The translations under genes and the position numbers were made by a program. DNA of 32,000 nucleotides. Origin: Mycobacterium tuberculosis H37Rv (lineage in GTDB: Bacteria; Actinomycetota; Actinomycetes; Mycobacteriales; Mycobacteriaceae). The DNA lies in assembly GCF_000195955.2 (NCBI RefSeq), contig NC_000962.3, positions 630,001 to 662,000 of the forward strand. The letters run 5' to 3'. This document shows, in pieces, positions 29,450 through 32,000 of the stretch (the stretch's first letter is position 1; the number at the start of each line of letters is the position of its first letter). The notes beneath the pieces were generated by a model. It did not search any database, was not told the DNA's origin, and was given only the letters and a program-made list of their open reading frames with translations.

Positions 29450-30868
29450 ATGAGCGGCACATCGTCGATGGGATTGCCGCCGGGACCTCGACTTTCCGGC
29501 TCGGTGCAGGCCGTGTTGATGTTGCGCCATGGGCTGCGTTTTTTGACGGCCTGTCAACGCCGTTACGGCAGTGTTTTCACGCTGCATGTCGCGGGGTTCG
29601 GCCACATGGTGTATCTGTCCGATCCGGCCGCCATCAAGACAGTGTTTGCCGGCAACCCGAGTGTCTTTCACGCCGGCGAAGCCAACTCGATGTTGGCCGG
29701 ACTGCTCGGCGACAGCTCACTGCTGTTGATCGACGACGACGTGCACCGCGACCGGCGTCGCCTGATGTCGCCGCCGTTCCATCGCGACGCGGTCGCGCGC
29801 CAGGCCGGGCCGATAGCCGAGATTGCCGCCGCCAACATCGCCGGGTGGCCGATGGCTAAGGCGTTCGCGGTGGCGCCCAAGATGTCTGAGATCACCCTTG
29901 AGGTGATCCTGCGGACCGTCATAGGCGCCAGCGATCCGGTCCGGCTCGCCGCGCTGCGCAAGGTCATGCCGCGGCTGCTCAACGTGGGCCCGTGGGCGAC
30001 GCTCGCACTGGCCAACCCGAGCCTGCTGAACAATCGGCTCTGGAGCAGGCTGCGACGGCGGATCGAAGAAGCCGACGCCCTGCTGTACGCCGAGATCGCC
30101 GACCGCCGAGCCGATCCCGATCTGGCCGCACGCACCGACACGCTGGCCATGCTGGTTCGGGCCGCCGACGAAGACGGACGGACGATGACCGAGCGCGAGC
30201 TGCGCGACCAGCTGATAACGTTGCTGGTCGCAGGTCACGACACCACCGCGACGGGACTGTCGTGGGCACTGGAGCGGTTGACCCGCCACCCGGTCACCCT
30301 GGCCAAGGCCGTGCAAGCGGCCGACGCCAGCGCGGCCGGCGATCCAGCCGGCGACGAGTACCTGGACGCGGTGGCCAAAGAGACACTGCGGATCCGCCCG
30401 GTGGTGTACGACGTGGGCCGGGTCCTCACCGAGGCGGTGGAGGTGGCCGGTTACCGGCTGCCGGCCGGGGTCATGGTGGTCCCAGCGATCGGGCTGGTGC
30501 ACGCGAGCGCGCAACTGTATCCGGATCCGGAACGGTTCGACCCTGATCGGATGGTTGGCGCCACTTTGAGCCCGACCACCTGGTTGCCGTTCGGCGGCGG
30601 CAACCGCCGCTGCCTCGGCGCCACCTTTGCCATGGTCGAGATGCGGGTCGTCCTTCGGGAGATCCTGCGCCGCGTCGAGTTGAGCACCACCACGACCTCC
30701 GGCGAACGGCCGAAGCTAAAGCACGTCATCATGGTGCCGCACCGCGGCGCGCGCATCCGCGTCCGGGCAACCAGGGACGTTTCGGCCACGTCGCAAGCGA
30801 CAGCCCAGGGTGCCGGATGCCCAGCCGCTCGCGGTGGCGGGCCGTCCAGAGCCGTCGGCAGCCAGTGA
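29450..30868 (+). CDS. cyp135B1: Cytochrome P450 135B1
   Basis: 472 aa; LVAGHDTTATGLSWAL I-helix, ETLR, FGGGNRRCLGATFA heme-Cys loop. Confidence 0.95.
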   Translation: MSGTSSMGLPPGPRLSGSVQAVLMLRHGLRFLTACQRRYGSVFTLHVAGFGHMVYLSDPAAIKTVFAGNPSVFHAGEANSMLAGLLGDSSLLLIDDDVHRDRRRLMSPPFHRDAVARQAGPIAEIAAANIAGWPMAKAFAVAPKMSEITLEVILRTVIGASDPVRLAALRKVMPRLLNVGPWATLALANPSLLNNRLWSRLRRRIEEADALLYAEIADRRADPDLAARTDTLAMLVRAADEDGRTMTERELRDQLITLLVAGHDTTATGLSWALERLTRHPVTLAKAVQAADASAAGDPAGDEYLDAVAKETLRIRPVVYDVGRVLTEAVEVAGYRLPAGVMVVPAIGLVHASAQLYPDPERFDPDRMVGATLSPTTWLPFGGGNRRCLGATFAMVEMRVVLREILRRVELSTTTTSGERPKLKHVIMVPHRGARIRVRATRDVSATSQATAQGAGCPAARGGGPSRAVGSQ

Positions 30869-30907
30869 CCAGCTGGGGTATCCGCATGGGGTCGCCCAGC
30901 GGGTCCC

Positions 30908-30927
30908 GAGGGGACTTTTGGCCACCG
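30908..30927 (+). promoter_or_regulatory. Candidate DosR-type box upstream of the Rv0569-like gene
   Basis: GAGGGGACTTTTGGCCACCG, partial match to TTSGGGACTWWAGTCCCSAA; a second partial site (right half WAGTCCCSAA perfect) at 30970-30989. Confidence 0.5.
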
Positions 30928-31002
30928 GCGCTGGTGGCCTACTGCCCTCCCGCCGTTGCGCCGGGTGCGTGCACGATTGAAGTCCCCAAGGAAGGGACGC
31001 TC

Positions 31003-31269
31003 ATGAAGGCAAAGGTCGGGGACTGGCTGGTGATCAAAGGCGCGACGATAGATCAACCGGACCACCGAGGGTTGATTATTGAGGTGCGCTCATCCGATGG
31101 TTCGCCGCCGTATGTGGTGCGCTGGCTCGAGACCGACCATGTGGCGACGGTGATTCCGGGTCCGGATGCGGTCGTGGTCACTGCGGAGGAGCAGAATGCG
31201 GCCGACGAGCGGGCGCAGCATCGGTTCGGCGCGGTTCAGTCGGCGATCCTCCATGCCAGGGGAACGTAG
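31003..31269 (+). CDS. Small DUF1918-like protein, DosR-regulon type (Rv0569-like)
   Basis: 88 aa; MKAKVGDWLVIKGATIDQPDHRGLIIEVRSSDGSPPYVVRWLETDHVATVIPGPDAVVV. Confidence 0.92.
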   Translation: MKAKVGDWLVIKGATIDQPDHRGLIIEVRSSDGSPPYVVRWLETDHVATVIPGPDAVVVTAEEQNAADERAQHRFGAVQSAILHARGT

Positions 31270-31294
31270 GCGATTCGCTCAAGCGACGAAGTCG

Positions 31295-32000
31295 GTGGGT
31301 GTCAGCTGGCCGGCGAAAGTCCGGCGCCGGGATGGAACGCTGGTGCCGTTCGACATCGCGCGGATCGAAGCAGCGGTGACGCGGGCAGCGCGCGAGGTGG
31401 CTTGCGACGACCCCGATATGCCGGGCACCGTAGCGAAAGCCGTCGCCGACGCACTCGGGCGCGGTATCGCTCCCGTTGAGGACATTCAGGACTGCGTGGA
31501 GGCCCGGCTGGGGGAAGCCGGTCTGGATGACGTGGCCCGTGTTTACATCATCTACCGGCAGCGGCGCGCCGAGCTGCGGACGGCTAAGGCCTTGCTCGGC
31601 GTGCGGGACGAGTTAAAGCTGAGCTTGGCGGCCGTGACGGTACTGCGCGAGCGCTATCTGCTGCACGACGAGCAGGGCCGGCCGGCCGAGTCGACCGGCG
31701 AGCTGATGGACCGATCGGCGCGCTGTGTCGCGGCGGCCGAGGACCAGTATGAGCCGGGCTCGTCGAGGCGGTGGGCCGAGCGGTTCGCCACGCTATTACG
31801 CAACCTGGAATTCCTGCCGAATTCGCCCACGTTGATGAACTCTGGCACCGACCTGGGACTGCTCGCCGGCTGTTTTGTTCTGCCGATTGAGGATTCGCTG
31901 CAATCGATCTTTGCGACGCTGGGACAGGCCGCCGAGCTGCAGCGGGCTGGAGGCGGCACCGGATATGCGTTCAGCCACCTGCGACCCGCCGGGGATCGGG
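31295..32000 (+). CDS. nrdZ: Class II ribonucleoside-diphosphate reductase NrdZ (5' part, continues past window)
   Basis: Open frame from GTG at 31295: VGVSWPAKVRRRDGTLVPFDIARIEAAV (ATP-cone-like) ...LRNLEFLPNSPTLMNSGTDLGLLAGCFVLPIEDSLQSIF...QRAGGGTGYAFSHLRPAGD. Confidence 0.93.
   Translation, partial: MGVSWPAKVRRRDGTLVPFDIARIEAAVTRAAREVACDDPDMPGTVAKAVADALGRGIAPVEDIQDCVEARLGEAGLDDVARVYIIYRQRRAELRTAKALLGVRDELKLSLAAVTVLRERYLLHDEQGRPAESTGELMDRSARCVAAAEDQYEPGSSRRWAERFATLLRNLEFLPNSPTLMNSGTDLGLLAGCFVLPIEDSLQSIFATLGQAAELQRAGGGTGYAFSHLRPAGDR

Overview
This 32 kb window matches, from recognised protein families and gene order, the Mycobacterium tuberculosis complex chromosome from about Rv0538 to the 5' part of Rv0570 (nrdZ). 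That assignment is from memory; no database search was run. Most of it is ordinary core genome: a dispersed menaquinone cluster (menE, menB, menC, menD, menG/ubiE, menJ, plus the prenyl synthase grcC1), pitA, mgtA, htpX, a GPDH, a Baeyer-Villiger type monooxygenase, a YajQ-like protein, tRNA-Tyr(GTA), a CYP, the vapBC3 toxin-antitoxin pair, and a DosR-type gene beside a class II RNR. I found no mobile element, CRISPR array or prophage. The items most worth a second look are: (1) a possible surface-glycosylation cassette made of a Thr/Pro-repeat membrane protein, a polyprenyl-P-sugar-synthase-like GT2, a DUF2064-like protein and a possible GT-C-like membrane protein; (2) palindromes overlapping the annotated N-terminus of the Rv0560c methyltransferase, implying a start-site correction and a near-leaderless regulated promoter; (3) a matching start-site problem at vapB3; (4) two long unexplained inverted repeats, at 8933-9003 and 29371-29406; (5) a duplicated 20-bp element read into the N-terminus of FadD8; (6) the alpha/beta hydrolase BpoC, encoded between menC and menD, as a MenH candidate.
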